Shown here: piece by piece, positions 39,341-53,737 of the stretch
Layout: every line of letters begins with the position of its first letter
Numbering within the stretch: the first letter of the stretch is position 1
Assembly: GCF_964204645.1 (NCBI RefSeq)
Contig: NC_134035.1
Location: 10,758,451-10,822,450, forward strand
Source of the DNA: Tubulanus polymorphus
Taxonomy: Eukaryota > Animalia > Nemertea
Length of the DNA: 64,000 nt
Reading direction: 5' to 3'
The notes under the pieces: model-generated
Seen by the model: the letters and a program-made list of their open reading frames with translations, nothing else
The model's database searches: none
What the model was told of the DNA's origin: nothing
Made by a program: the position numbers and the translations under genes

Positions 39341-41701
39341 CTGGGCAACAGGAACAAAAACACAAAATAACTGTACAATGATGAATGGAACAAAATGAGT
39401 CAAGTGACTTTTAAGTGGAAAGGTTAAGATGGAACTCAGTAATACAACTAACGCCGTTGGAAGGAATTAACTTAACAGATAATTGGTGTGGATTTTACTT
39501 ACTTGAAATTCTGAAAATTTACAAAATCATTGTTTAAAGCTACGTATCGCAATATAATACCATCCGGTTAGATGTCGTATAAGCAAGAGGGTATCTGTTC
39601 GTTTATGGGCGGTTTTCAAAACGTAATTAAGAAATGTTGGTTCAGAAACCATAAACACTTACGAAGTTGCAGTACAAAGCACGCGGGACATTAAGCAGAC
39701 CAATAGAACTGGTCCAAACGGGCCAATGCTTATACAGGCTGGCGTCGTATTTGCGTAACGCAATTTGAATCATTCATCTAAAAAAATCAACAACTGTTAC
39801 CTGATTCTTTGACTAATATTTGAATATAAGCAAATACGTAAGAAAGACACGTCTTAGAAAACTAATCAGCCATTATGTCGTCGTGCCAACCATATTGTTT
39901 TGAGAAAGTCATAATCCGTGCGTGTACTTACGAGGTTCTTTGCTGCGCCGTCGCGGAGAACAATTAAAGCAAATAATCATCGCAACGAGACGAAGAAAAG
40001 GATTAGCAATCGGGAGAACGATTAATATTCTACGTACCGCAATGGGGATTATCACTCGCTATGGCGTGGACTATGTAATGACAGTACGATAAAGATACGC
40101 AGTGATTTATGCACCCTTGCTAGTCTTTCTCGTGTTTGATCAAAACATCCGACGAGTATTCCTCGCAGTCCGATGACAGACCATCCGAAATGCGGATGCC
40201 ATCATCAAACGGAAAACCGTAATCGCACGAAACCTATACATGTGAATAATTCGGTCGGTGTTGCCTCTTTTCTTGGGAACTGTAATGGGGTACCAGCTGA
40301 CACACCAGATGGCGTAACAATTCACTCAGTTATACGGATTTTAAATGCTCCCAAATAGGAATGTTGCCAAACATCTCATCAAATATAAGATATAAGATAT
40401 TAAGAGCATATGGTAAAGTTTTACTGTAAATTTATTTACTAATGAGAAAAGTTGATTCGAGTCGAATTGAAATGTAGAAGAAATTGAAGCGCGGTAATTG
40501 AGTAACCACTAGCGAACCTGGCGGATCCTCGCCTGCCATACGTGGAATCATCGTTTGCAACAGTAGCGTTACCGGTACCCCGGCGCACCGGGCAGGGCAC
40601 CACGAGCAGCGAGAAATAATTGCGACTTTTGGATACGAATATGTTGTATTTACGTTCAATGCGAGTCGCAGTCCGTGGATGCACCATAACCGAGATAATA
40701 CGCGCTCTTTATCCGAAACTGGATCGATATCTCGATAATAAAACATGGCGCGTATGTTTGATCTCTGCGCTCAGGAAATAAACGTCTCACTGACTGGTTA
40801 TCCGTATTGACTATATCGTCGAGCCAACTAACACAAAAATAAATAACATCTTTTTAGCCAGCAGTCTGCCTTCGTTTCGACCCGTAATGTCAGTCAATGT
40901 CTGATCGCGACTAAGCGCTCTAAAGTTCTATCGAAAATGAATCAAATTGTATCATAGGTCAGGTCAAACGTTTTCGGGCAAACTTATTCGCGCACCTTCT
41001 CCAGATAATCCTAAACGAAAAACAGAAGTTTTTGGTTTTTTATGGACCAATACTTAGACTCTCAATACTTGGATTTACAAATCATGTCAAATATATCTAG
41101 TACGCAATCAGTTGAATTTATCTAGGGTTTAGAAGGTTAAAACATCACCATAGAAAGATTCAAAGAAAAATTTATTAATCAAGAATTAAAGACAAGCTTT
41201 TCACGAGGTTTTAAGATGTTTGGGTCTAATTCTTCATGGATAAAATTATATAAAAGTTTTTATCTCTTTAACATTGACCCTAAGAGGTTTAATCGAAATA
41301 TTATGTTATATTTTCCACGTCAGAATCGGTGGCTTATTTAAGGTCGATGGGGTAAAAATGAAATAAACTTGACGAATGAAGTCTGGCCGCCCTGTACTGG
41401 TTTCAAAAGTTGCGCAGTACGCATTTCTCCGACTTGTTTGAAATACGCGTAAACTATAATTAAACTATAGCGCTTACGAGAGGCTAAATTGGTTATGAAA
41501 TGCGCTTATCAACGTTAATCTATTCGATTCAGATATTTATCGCGTGCGAACAATGCACGCACCGACACTTACATCGACGCAACGCGATCTAACTTTGCAA
41601 ACTGAATGAAAAGCTCTTGACGTTCCCGGTTCTCGTCCATCGGAAAGAGTCAAGTTCAATGCGTGAGGTACTGACGATGAACAATTTGCTCGTCGCACGT
41701 C

Positions 41702-41702
41702 A

Positions 41703-41737
<35 letters not shown>

Positions 41738-42047
41738 GGAGAGGGAGAGGGAGAGGGAGAGGGAGAGGGAGAGGGAGAGGGAGAGGGAGAGGGAGAGGGA
41801 GAGGGAGAGGGAGAGGGAGAGGGAGAGGGAGAGGGAGAGGGAGAGGGAGAGGGAGAGGGAGAGGGAGAGGGAGAGGGAGAGGGAGAAGGAGGGGAGGGGG
41901 AGGGGAGGGGGAGGGGAGGGGGAGGGGAGGGGAGGGGGAGGGGGAGGGGAGGGGGAGAGGGGAGAGGGAGAGGGAGAGGGAGAGGGAGAGGGAGAGGGAG
42001 AGGGAGAGGGAGAGGGAGAGGGAGAGGGAGAGGGAGAGGGAGGGAGG

Positions 42048-42132
<85 letters not shown>
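41702..42132. repeat. Compound polypurine repeat (GA)n-(GGGAGA)n-(GGGGA)n-(GGGAGA)n-(GA)n
   Basis: Direct reading. Confidence 0.95.
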
Positions 42133-42135
<3 letters not shown>

Positions 42136-42384
42136 CGGTCAAGTGTCGACGCAGCGCTGTTGTCTCCCAGTCAGTAATTATCCTAAATGTTTAGATTGGG
42201 ATCAATATGCCTGGCGGCGGATGCTTCGTCCCTAGATTATTTACTCATTGTACCATAATCCGATTAACTATCGCTTTAGTGCGTATTTCGTAGTCGATAT
42301 TATCCGATTTTCGTCGCGTCTTGCGACGAGATTAACCGATCTATGGACGCGATACACGCAGCGTCCACGCGGGGACGGGGGGTC

Positions 42385-42468
42385 ATCCTACCCTGTCAGG
42401 GATTCGAGCCCGATAGCATCACTAGACTCATCCGCGGCACGAAACCTGCCACACTAGACCGAGTGCGC
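42385..42468 (-). mobile_element. tRNA-like SINE head
   Basis: Minus strand GGTCTAGTGTGG (A box) ... GGGCTCGAATCCC (B box). Homologous to 53746-53779. Confidence 0.5.
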
Positions 42469-42992
42469 AGGTACATGCGCAGGTTTGCCGCGAGCAAACT
42501 CATGCGTCCAATCATATTGCCCGTTGTATAATCACTGATGCAAATCTAACGTAAGAACTATAAATGGAAAACCGGGGATGAATAAAATAAACCAGGATTT
42601 CTGATTGGATAATAATGACGTCATCTAAGCTGCGAACTCGAGCTAGTGCAGCAGAGTTTCGTTTTGTATATCGAGTCTCGACACCATTAGGTTCGAATTC
42701 ATGCTGGGGGAGGATGGGACGGGGTCGGGACGGGGTCGCAGCAGTGTCCCGGTCATAAACTTTCTAAAACGCTTCAGTAACCCGGTGTACAAGCGATCGA
42801 ATATACTACCGACTTCATTTGAAAATGTCGATGAAAAATTCGATTAGTTATTTTGGCTTTAATCTTATACAGAGTAATCAATCCCAAACGTGATAACAAT
42901 ATTGCCCAAATATCAAAAAGACGAAATGTATTATTGCGATAAAACCCAGCGTTAACCTACGCCGTGATTGATTTCGTGTTTCCCGATGACGT

Positions 42993-43128
42993 TAAGCCCA
43001 ACGCAGAAACATGTATTCAAACATCTCGGAAATGTTTCACATAAACGCACTCGATACAGAGAAACGCTCGAAAAAGTTTCTGTCTGTTATTCCCGCGTTT
43101 CCTCTGTTTCCTTGCCTCGTAGGCCTTA
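42993..43128 (+). mobile_element. MITE family D (degenerate)
   Basis: TAAGCCC...TAAACGCACTCGATACAGAGAAACGCTCGAAAA...GGCCTTA. Confidence 0.55.
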
Positions 43129-43559
43129 GGCTTTATTTGAAGTATATATCTGAACACGTATGTTGCTTTTGTGCGTGTAACCGCGTGGGTTTGATCTCAG
43201 ATCGCAGGCCATGGTTTAATCCTCTCGGTCACGGACCTGGTTCGTTCAACGATCAACAAACACATCATTCGGACTGACGTCACTAGTTTGAAATTGGCGT
43301 CATCGAGGACCTATAGTGCCGAAAACAAACCCAACAAGCAAAAACGTTGAAACGAAAATAAAGAAAGGACACTCAGAAGGGACCAGTGTCGAGACATGTC
43401 GTGCAAATAAACTGTTAATATCAAGACGTTGGCCTTGACTGTTTTGCTGAGAAGAAAGTGGACATCGATACTCTTAAGATAGCAATTCTATGAGATGGAC
43501 AATCGAAGCTGTTATTACAGCTAATACTATTAATGCTGTTAGTACTTATAGTTTCCGTG

Positions 43560-43690
<131 letters not shown>

Positions 43691-44671
43691 CGGCCGACTG
43701 TTCAATCAATTGTAGTTGATTGATCGCCTTATATCGTTCGTCATCATCGATGTTAGACTCCTTAATGTTGGTATAATAGAGATACGTAACCGGACCGGAC
43801 CCGATGGTGTACGGTGCTGACATCGCGCATAAATTGAATCTTCAACCCGCACGACAATACCGCTACTGTGTGTGAGACCATGTCGGCAATTAATTTCACG
43901 ATGGTAATTGTGGATTGTGTGTATGAATTCGCGTGCGTGTCTGTATATGTCCGGCAGACATTGATCATAATTCTAATTTCAGATGTTATACGTAGAGACT
44001 TGATTGAATGCGATAACCCGAGCTCCTGGGCCGAATTGAGAAATTGAGAGAGATTCAAATCGATCGGGAATCATGATACAAATTACATTCTATCTCGCAT
44101 AAATGTAATTAATGCTTATCATATTCATTTGGGATGTTATTCCTTTAACGACATGTATATTAATTACTCGCCTGGTGTCTAGACAAAGACAAAATGGGTT
44201 TTTTTACCAAAGCCTTGACGACAATACATTCAAGACTTCGTTCGGTTCGTACGCAGACAATCGTTCATTCCGTACACTAGTCGATACGTATATTGAAAAC
44301 TTGTAAACAGTTTTTGCGCAATCCAGTACGAAAATCGAAATCATCATTATGACAAGAGGACGCGGTCTCTATGTTTATCTCACGTTTCTGAAATCGATTG
44401 CCGTTTTCAAGGAGAAAACCGATCTTTCCCGAAACAAGTCGGAAATGTCAACGCGTCTCGTTTTCTTCAAATCTCCGTCAAGGGCTCTTCAGTTATGTAT
44501 ATATAACTTGGGCGTACTTGCCTTTAGTCGGAGATTGATGAAACAGAGGCTCGAGCTGCTTTCAAAACGCCAACATCGTTCAAAAACTTTAGGACTCAAC
44601 AGTTGCTTATTATTTATCAAATTATTAAAAAGATTATACCTTTATTTACCTGATAATGAAACCTATGATGA

Positions 44672-44885
44672 GAAGATTCGTAGATGAGCCATGTTAACCG
44701 GGTTTACAATAGATATACCGAGAGCAATAGTACTTTATCGGTTCACTAGTTTATTAGAAACGCGAGCTTTCGCTACTCATGAGTCACTCATTCAGCTGCC
44801 GAAGCTTAGCGGAAGCTCGTGCACCAAATAAACTAGTTAAACTTTAATTTACTACTTGTCTCGTGGTATCTAATTAAACCTTGAT
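44672..44885. mobile_element. Penelope-like relic, divergent inverted pair with two degenerate hammerheads (family P2)
   Basis: Two ~85-bp inverted arms, each of the form AGCG(A/G)AAGCTCG..AATAAACTAGT..ACTA.TTG.TCTCG. The left arm ends CCGGTTAACATGGCTCATCTACGAATCTTC, similar to the copy at 57513. Confidence 0.65.
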
Positions 44886-47800
44886 AAGTAACTAGAAAGT
44901 AGAAGTACTTAAAGCTTCCATACATGGTAAATAGATATTTAAGCTTTCCTAGGGCGGGGTTCAACGATTAAAATTCAAGCTCAAACTGAGAAACGTGCTT
45001 AATGGTGTCTATCGCGTACGTGACGGAATCTGTTTTCAGATCGTTGTAATTTCGAGTATTTCAAACCACACGTCGTCAATTCCTGACGGCTGCAATTCTT
45101 CTATATCGAAACTGATTTTCTTGCAGTCATATTCTCCGCTATGTGTGATTGAGTTCACGTAATTGAGGACACGCACTGGAAAAGACATATAGCTCTCAGC
45201 CGTTCGACTACAGATGTCGTTTTTCTCACAATAACACGAATTTCGTGTGTTTCAGCCGAAATGATAATACATTTACACCGAACGCCAGCTATTTCATCAC
45301 ACCCCAGGGAATGACCTCTTCGAGGGCAGATTTTCAAAAATACATTAATCAAGGTACATATTAGATTGGTTATATCAAAATGTGCAAAATTAAGATCGTG
45401 ATATAGTCTTGACAACCGTTTCCTGACTTTATAGTTTATGACGACACGAGATGAAAGCATCTGAGAGCAAAATATGAATCAACGTAATGTTGCACCACAT
45501 CCATATGAAATGTTTGTTTTCCCGCCCCGACAAAACAATAAAAAATGCTAGAAAACAAATGGTTAGCACGAGAAAACTAATCATTTTGTAATAATGAACC
45601 GCTATAGACAGTGCACGCAGTTCCACAGGCTTTGTTGCAGAGGTGCGGAGCTTGTGGATCACGAGCAATGGAATCCCACACATTTTGACGTTTGATCCGG
45701 CGGCGAAATTTACGCACGGCACACTGCCGCAACGCAAGATTGACAGCACACGCACCTATACTTTCAGGGCGGAACGTTGCGTTCGCCAGCGGACACATCG
45801 ATCCACTTGAGCGAATGGGAAATAAGACTAAAGACATAAGTTCAGTATTTCTGAAAAGAAATCAATTTTGCATACTCGATACAACTCGGTTCAGCTTGAA
45901 ACGTTCCGCCGCTCGTAAAATCGTGTATCCATTTACGACTTTATCAATATTTGAAGGTATTTTTCACTGTTCGTTCGACGTGCCAAATTATCCGTTAAGA
46001 GATCGTAGCGTCGCGCGTTCGAGGACATATAAACAAGGAAACAGTCGCCTGGTATAATCGCATTTTAACATGCGCGCATACCGGTTAGGAAGTGATGGAT
46101 AGCTTTTTCGACGAAGTGGTACCCATAAATGGATAATCGGTTTGAGTTGTGAGTCTTTTTGCTCGTGTGCACCACCTGCGCTGTTCAGATTGCATACAAT
46201 AATGATACGTCAAAGTCACTGTCACTGGAAAACGTTAATTGTAGACCGGCTATTGATGAGCGGTTCGTTCGTTTACGGCACTTATTTATGGCGGAGGCAA
46301 TTGCTTCCAAATATAGCCACGTAACACCGCAATACCTGTTTACCAGACCGTGGATGACAGTGAAAAGTTAGTAAGGCACTGCAAGCATGGATACTTGCCG
46401 AGGAGACGCTCTCGAAGGTCGGCTGCTGGTAAGGCTCGCGCGTGCGTGCCGCGGTCACTTAGCCTTCCGGGATTATAACTCCACCAACGCGAAGACGTCA
46501 GGAAAATCTGTCGCAGTCGGTTATCCGCACTTAAATCCTTTACTGTCAGCTTTCATTCTTCCCACAGTAAGATTTCGCGCAACATCTGAAATGAATATGT
46601 CTGGCTTTGTATCGATGAACTCGGCTAGGCTGCGATACTAATTTAATACCTGGCATATTTCAGCGTCAATCACCATAGCGTTGAATTAAGGGCAGTAGCT
46701 TCAATATTAGAATAGTTTTACCCCTAGAAAACCTCTGACAAATTATCATACTTAATAACGAATGCCTGTTGATTTAATACACATCTTCGCTTGCCAGGTT
46801 CTGATTGCCGACTGGCGCGCGCTAAACGGGAACCCGTCCGCCCATAAAATCATGGGCGATGTATTAAAGACCAATGAAGGGTTTGCGGCCAGTGTTTGCA
46901 TTGGCGTGAGCTCAGCGTGTTGCAATCAAACCCTGGCAAGTGAGGATGGAGCTCCCAGAAATGTGATTTAAATACGTGAGGGTATAAACGTGTTTTCCTC
47001 GTTTTATGATGGCTTACTCCTATACACAGCGAGTTTAGCTAAGACTTGTCGAGGTTCGCCTATTCTTGCTCCACGCTTGGCGAACGAAAGAATATTCTGT
47101 AAAATAGCTGCTTCTTTTTCCTGTATGCAATCACGGATTTCGTCATTAATTTCTCCGACTTCCGGATTATTTATGTTACGTTCACTCGTTTGTCGCGGTG
47201 TCTCGGAGTTTGAGTCTTGCGGTGCTGGCAGAGTTTCTCGGTAGAAGGTTTTTTCTCTGGTTTCGCCGAACTGGTTACTAAATGCCCTCAGTGGCGCTCA
47301 ACGGGTTGAGGGATTGAAGAAAAATAACTCGGTATGGCTCTGATTGGCTTGTTGGCTATAGGCCAAAAAGCGGCGCCACCAGCTGGACAATCACCGAGAG
47401 AATCGCTATTATTTCCCATCACGATAGATGTTGATAAGAAACTTTGCATTTGCTCTTATTCATCTAACGAGTTTTTCCGACATTCTTAGCCCACTTACTA
47501 GCAGTAATATCCTCTGAACTAGGTCAAACAGCTGGGGCATTTGACCGCGTAGAAACTGCCATAACTAGGTCAAAACAGCTGGGGCGTGCTGACCTAGTTT
47601 ATCTAGTTTTAACGCAATTATATATGAATACATTATGTAACTCGAATATTGCTGTACATTCTGTCAACACTTCAACAAAAGCTCGGGCGTTTTTGACAGT
47701 TTTTGTATTTTCATTACTTGGCGTTGTTTGCATAAACACGTTTCGCCTTATTTTCTGTTACAAAAATACATTTCTAAGCCATCGTTCGCGTAACGCCGAG

Positions 47801-48937
47801 TGCACGACAATGAGTATAAACACCAGCTCAGTTGATTCCACTCGATCGGTATGTTGCCGCCGTCGCGAGTTTTTTTTGTGAACGAAATGAAAACGCAATT
47901 GGTCCATTAATCGTAATTTGCTTCTCTGCCACCCACTCGACGCTGCTCCAGATTTCGTAAGAAAAGCTACACGGAAGCAATTTTCCGACGCCGGAATTAC
48001 GCTTAAATATCTCCGAATAGCGGGAGAAATATACCCTCGAGATAGAATAGATAAACGCGTGTGCTTAACAGGCGAGTACTTACACCCGTATAGGTCTCAT
48101 TCATGTTCGAAATGTTAATCCCAATTTCTTAAAGCGAAACGGAGCTGTCGAATACTGTTAAATTTTACTATTTTTGCTGTTATGTCTTTCTTAAGTTATC
48201 TAATGTTACGGAAATAGTCCTCCGAAACGTAGGTTAATGTTAGGATAGAATAGGATATGATTATGTATTTGTTTAGCGTGACTTGTAAATAGTAAAACTA
48301 TTATCAAAGACGCTCTCCAGAAACCGGTGATGAATTCGAACAGAACTGTTTTGAGCTGTCCGGAAGAGAGTCACGATCTCGGTTGTAAAAGATGTTATTT
48401 CTAGTTAGCTCGTTGGTACAATAATATGCCCATGCAAAAAGTAGTCATTTTTACTAGTCTATCGTTCAGTATTAAGATCAATTTTCAAAATAGAATTTTT
48501 GCTTATTAATGAATTCAAGTTGGTCTAACGCCCTCAAAACTGGCGTTATTCAAGCAGATCTAACTTTCTCGAATGAATTTTACTCGAACTCACGTTGAAT
48601 TTAAAGAAATAAATCGGATTATACTACGTCGGCACATCCCGACGTGTTCAATATCTATCTTGGAATTCTAATTAATTAGTCGACCGCCGAATTTTTTCAT
48701 CCTAAATCGTTCCAACATACAAAAAAAAATAGTGTACATGTTCGTCGTCATAAAGAATAAGAGGGTGTAAATAATTTTCCCGTCGCTTTACGCGCCGAGT
48801 TTTTCTTTTTATTCTTAGACTACAGACAAAAAACTATTCATTTGCATGACGTAAAAAGGAGGATTAACGGACGAGAAATGAAATTTGCGTAGAAGACATT
48901 TGGAAGAATTTGGAATTAGTTCAGATCTAATTTTCAG

Positions 48938-48993
48938 GGGCCATTTGCATAGACATGGCTTATACTTAATACTAGTCTAAGACCATGTAGTTA

Positions 48994-49040
<47 letters not shown>

Positions 49041-49093
49041 GCCAATCTAAGTCTTAAGATGATCACTAAGTCGTGACTCTGCGTGACTCAGCC
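48938..49093 (+). mobile_element. MITE family C with internal (TA)n expansion
   Basis: GGGCCATTTGCATAGACATGGCTTA...GTCTAAGACC...CTAAGTCGTGACTC, flanked by CAG on both sides. (TA)n at 48995-49040. Confidence 0.65.
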
Positions 49094-49501
49094 CAGGACT
49101 CGTGAAGTTAAATTTCACTTAGCAGGTTATCAAAAGTAATCTATTTCTAGTGTAGTGGCGCTTAAGTCAAATCTTAACCAATATTCAGATATATGTTTTG
49201 CCGCGGCGACCAGTCCGGAGGTGGCAAAGAAGCCTCGCCCATATGAAGCGCAGAATCCATCGGGAAGTCGATAGATGTCTAAAATACCTGATTCAATCGT
49301 GGTCGGTTTAAACTCACGACACCCAAAGCTCTATTTAATCGGTGTCTATGTTATCATTGCCTACTCGAAATGCACAAACTTGAATGTTATATCTATTTGT
49401 AATAAGGAGTATTTTTTACGGCGAAACGACCTTTTTCATAGCATAAAGTAATATTTCTAAGTAACATAGCATCAGATATATGTTTACGTAATGTACACTT
49501 T

Positions 49502-49906
49502 CAATATTCTCTCGATTTAGTTATTAATTGCTTTTCAATACCTGGGGTATAGATCTTCCAATATTCTCTCGATTTAGTTAATAGTTTTTGTTTCAGTACC
49601 TGGGGTATAGATCTAACAATATTCTCTCGATTTAGTTAATAGTTTTTGTTTCAGTACCTGGGGTATAGATCTAACAATATTCTCTCGATTTAGTTAATAG
49701 TTTTTGTTTCAAAACCTGGGGTATAGATCTAATAATATTCTCTCGATTTAGTTAATAGTTTTTGTTTCAATACCTGGGGTATAGAGCTTCCAATATTCTC
49801 TGGATTTAGTTAATAGTTTTTGTTTCAATACCTGGGGTATAGATCTTCCAATATTCTCTCGATTTAGTTAATAGTTTTTGTTTCAATACCTGGGGTATAG
49901 ATCTTC
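49502..49906. repeat. 58-bp minisatellite, 7 copies
   Basis: Unit CAATATTCTCTCGATTTAGTTAATAGTTTTTGTTTCAATACCTGGGGTATAGATCTTC, starting at 49502, 49559, 49617, 49675, 49733, 49791 and 49849. Confidence 0.95.
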
Positions 49907-50179
49907 GTATATTGAGCAGTAAGCATCGTGACGAATAGAAATTTGGTATGACGACGTAGCGTTGACGTCATCGATGCGCATATACCGGATATTACATTTT
50001 GTCATATACAACTTTTCTTATTATTGTCTCAAGACATATCAAATTATGTTTATATGATTTATACGTGTTTTGTCGTGAAAATGGGGATATCTGAACTCCT
50101 ATATGGCCGTCAAGCCAACTGGATTCGATAGCTTTTTATAGTGTCTTCAACATATTAATCTGATTTCATCGTATATCGT

Positions 50180-50506
<327 letters not shown>

Positions 50507-52397
50507 GTTTATTGTCATCTTTTATACATAAATAAAAGCCAGCATATATAGGCTTACAAGACAAACAGTTCTGTTGGTTAAATACATTATGGCGGTGCAT
50601 TACGCAGAATGGACGCCTCATTTACAAACTTATAGACGTGATTAATAATGTGATCACTCGCTAGAATCAAGGACAATTGGTCTGTAGTGGATAAAATATC
50701 CATATCAATATCTAAGAGTTCCTTGATTTTAGCGAACAATGTAATACGGTAATCACTATATGATTGTTGTTATAAGTTGGCCGTCGAATAGCGGGTTAAT
50801 CGATGACATTTATCGGTGAACCGTTGAATATGGTCACTAAATGGTTTTTGAGATGTGGTGAATATGGCGACCACTTTTTCAGTTCAAAAGTTTGGTACAG
50901 TTTGGTTTCATTTCCGGGATTTGCTTGTTTGATATACGTAGCTTATGATAGACGTAACTAAGTTTACTGTAACTTAATAAATGAATCTGACAACAAGAAC
51001 GACAAAAAAGTCTAAAATTCTAAGTGGTTTTTTTTCTTAGTTTCTAAGTGCATCATTTTCGAAGGTTCGCCAGAAAGCCAGCGCGCGAGAAAATCGGTTA
51101 ATTTGAAATATAGATAATTCCAATGCGATAATGCAAGTAACGTTGCTGGAAGCTATTATCATTTTTACAAGTAAAACGATGTAAACAGAACTTACGACGG
51201 TTGCGTTGTCATTATATAGGAAGTACTCTGATATAATCAGCTCACAAGCGTCTGTTCTATAATTAGTTGTCTGTTATTGATCCAGATTTGTGCATTGGTC
51301 ATTTTACGCCGGATGACCAATTAATATCGCAAGGCATTGCAGCGCTAATGGTCGGCGTGATATGTTTATTTTCCCTGCCCGGTGTTTCCCTCGAGCATTC
51401 ACGATCAGCGATGGATATCGTTCCCCAATTCCCTAGTATAAGTAATGATTGTATGTATATTAGTTGTTGAAATCAAAGCGAAGATAGGCAACGTCGCCCC
51501 TTACGTTGAGTAGGCCTAACTGGCTACAGTTGTAATGAGTCAAAGCTCATGTGAATCCTGCCTTGTTACACGTATCACTTTTCGTGAAAGTAGTACTCGA
51601 ATATTGCGCACTCACATTTTTTTCCTCGGCTTCTTGACACCTTGGTCGATTAGTTTCCATTATCGTAATCATCCTTACAAAGAAGCGAATATATTAGAAA
51701 AAAAATCAAACATACAACGCCATTTCGACAACGCCACAATATACTTCTGTTTCTAATGGATTATCAGCGGTCTTGTTTCAAATATTGCGTCGACGATAAA
51801 GACGATATATCCACGCGCGGAAGTTATTGTCTCTCGCGCTCACGACCGTCGCAAGCCGACGCGATTAGATTTAATTAAAAATTTTGTCACAAAATATGTG
51901 AGTGAAACGCTACGCCCGTGCGCTCCGTGGATAATCGAGTGTAAAATGTTATCTCTTCGATCATAACTCCCTTAATACCGTCCGTCACTCAAAGTTATCT
52001 CGGTTAAATCTTCTAATGCATTCGAGCATTTATGATGGATCAGGGCGATGCGCGATGGCCAATTGCTTTTGAATATCGAGCTATACAATATCAATATGTA
52101 TTTTACAAATTTTCTAACGGTTCGGTGAAAGTATCACAGCGTTCGAATTCATCGAAATCCATTCGTCAAAATAACTTTTGTTGGAAGCATGTTGTCGGAT
52201 TCTTGCTTAAAGCATTTAGCCGAAACGTTGCTCGAAATATAATCATTTTGATATATATAACTTTTCATTTTTGGTGTAATTTACTGTGGAATTTCTCTCG
52301 TTATTGTACATATATTTTACGAATGTGTTTAACCTTCCAAGAACTCTTGAAACTTGTTCACTGAATCGTGCATGGTTTAGATAGAATGGTTTAATCA

Positions 52398-52770
52398 GAA
52401 TTCTTTATTTCTACAAAGCGAATATATTCAAGAATACTTCGGACATTGCAGTGCAGATAGACATGGAATTAAACTTAGATAAGCCTAAAATATCAGCATT
52501 CATTGTTCATTGATGGTTTTGATTTGGTTTCCATGGAATTCTTTATTTCCGTAAGTAGAATACTTCGAGAATACAGACTGATAGTGCTGGTAGACAGAGA
52601 ATTAGACTTAATAGATGAGCCTAAACTATAAGCATTGAAATTGTAAAGCGATGGTTTGGATTAATTTCTTTTATAGAATTCTTTATTCCTGCACGTGGAA
52701 GACCTCTTTTAGAATACGGCGCGTATTTCAATGCAAGTGGACAAAGAAAATTATACTTAAACAAGGAAGA
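52398..52770. repeat. Old diverged ~138-bp tandem repeat, about 3 copies
   Basis: GAATTCTTTATT...AGAATAC...TAGACA.GGAATTA.ACTTA...GCCTAAAA.TAT.AGCATT...GATGGTTT recurs at about 52398, 52536 and 52676. Confidence 0.75.
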
Positions 52771-53737
52771 ACTATTGGTATCGGACATAATTATTGAAGA
52801 GATTGTTGGTTTCCTTTTGAGCTTTGCGAATAACGAACGCGTCCTAAACTCCTATAAGGGTTGGCGGTCTGTAGTTGGAAGATATTCCAGTTGGTTTCAC
52901 CGAAATTTCTACCGGTAATAACGTTCGCATATGACAGGTGCGATGATTAACAATAACACACGCCTGGGTCGTCTGCAATAACTCCATTAACAGTTAGCGG
53001 GCTTAAGTTCAATAATTATCTAATATATACAGCCGCGACGACAAAATCATCGAGGGATCTCCAGGGCGAAGAAACCATGGGCGTTGTATGGTGAGGTCAA
53101 GAAAGCATGATTTCCCTGAAGATAAAATATACCATCATTCATTATTAGGTATATCAAGCATTAAGCATTGCTGTGCTTCACAGTTAACTAAAAGAATTCA
53201 CACCTTCGCGAATCTTTCCCGTCGACAAGTCGGCAAGGTCAAGTAAGTGACAGAATTCATTTTTTCTTTGTTTACTGTATGACATTTTGCAAACATTTCG
53301 AAATCAGCATTGATATAGCCGTTTCATTTTCGAAATTTCCTACGCTCCGACGAATTACTTCACAGTTTCGCAGACGAATTAGTTCACGTGGAGATATCTG
53401 AGACTTTTTAGTGACATTTGAATAAAGCTAATCCAACAAATTGCTGTATGTTTAGGTTATCTCTAGAACGTTGGAATTACTATGCGATATGGGATAGTCA
53501 ATATCATCAGTATATATTAAGTAAATGATCTGACCCTGCATTTGATACGGCAGTTCAGGCACAAACACGAAGTAGACCACGCCAAATTTGAAGCCTGAGA
53601 ATCAGCGAGCTGCAAGTGATGAAATTGTACCATTTTGAAGAAATACATGCGGAAAAGACCTCCCTTAGACCTGATTTGACCAATATGGATGGAGAATGTA
53701 GTTTTGAGATGTTGAACTGAGTATGAAATCGTTGTCC

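Noticed and set aside
41537-42177. RG/RE- and SL/SP-repeat ORFs resembling RGG or extensin proteins
   Set aside because: Simple-repeat translation with no flanking coding signal or splice support.
42385-42468. tRNA gene call (also B-boxes at 12038 and 53750)
   Set aside because: No complete cloverleaf or anticodon arm; treated as SINE-derived.
48200-48235. Possible extra hammerhead (GGA...TCC-GAAACGTA); similar weak case near 52215
   Set aside because: No recognisable CUGANGA box or family tail.
49502-49906. CRISPR-like appearance of the 58-bp array
   Set aside because: No unique spacers, no cas genes, and a eukaryotic context; it is a tandem repeat.
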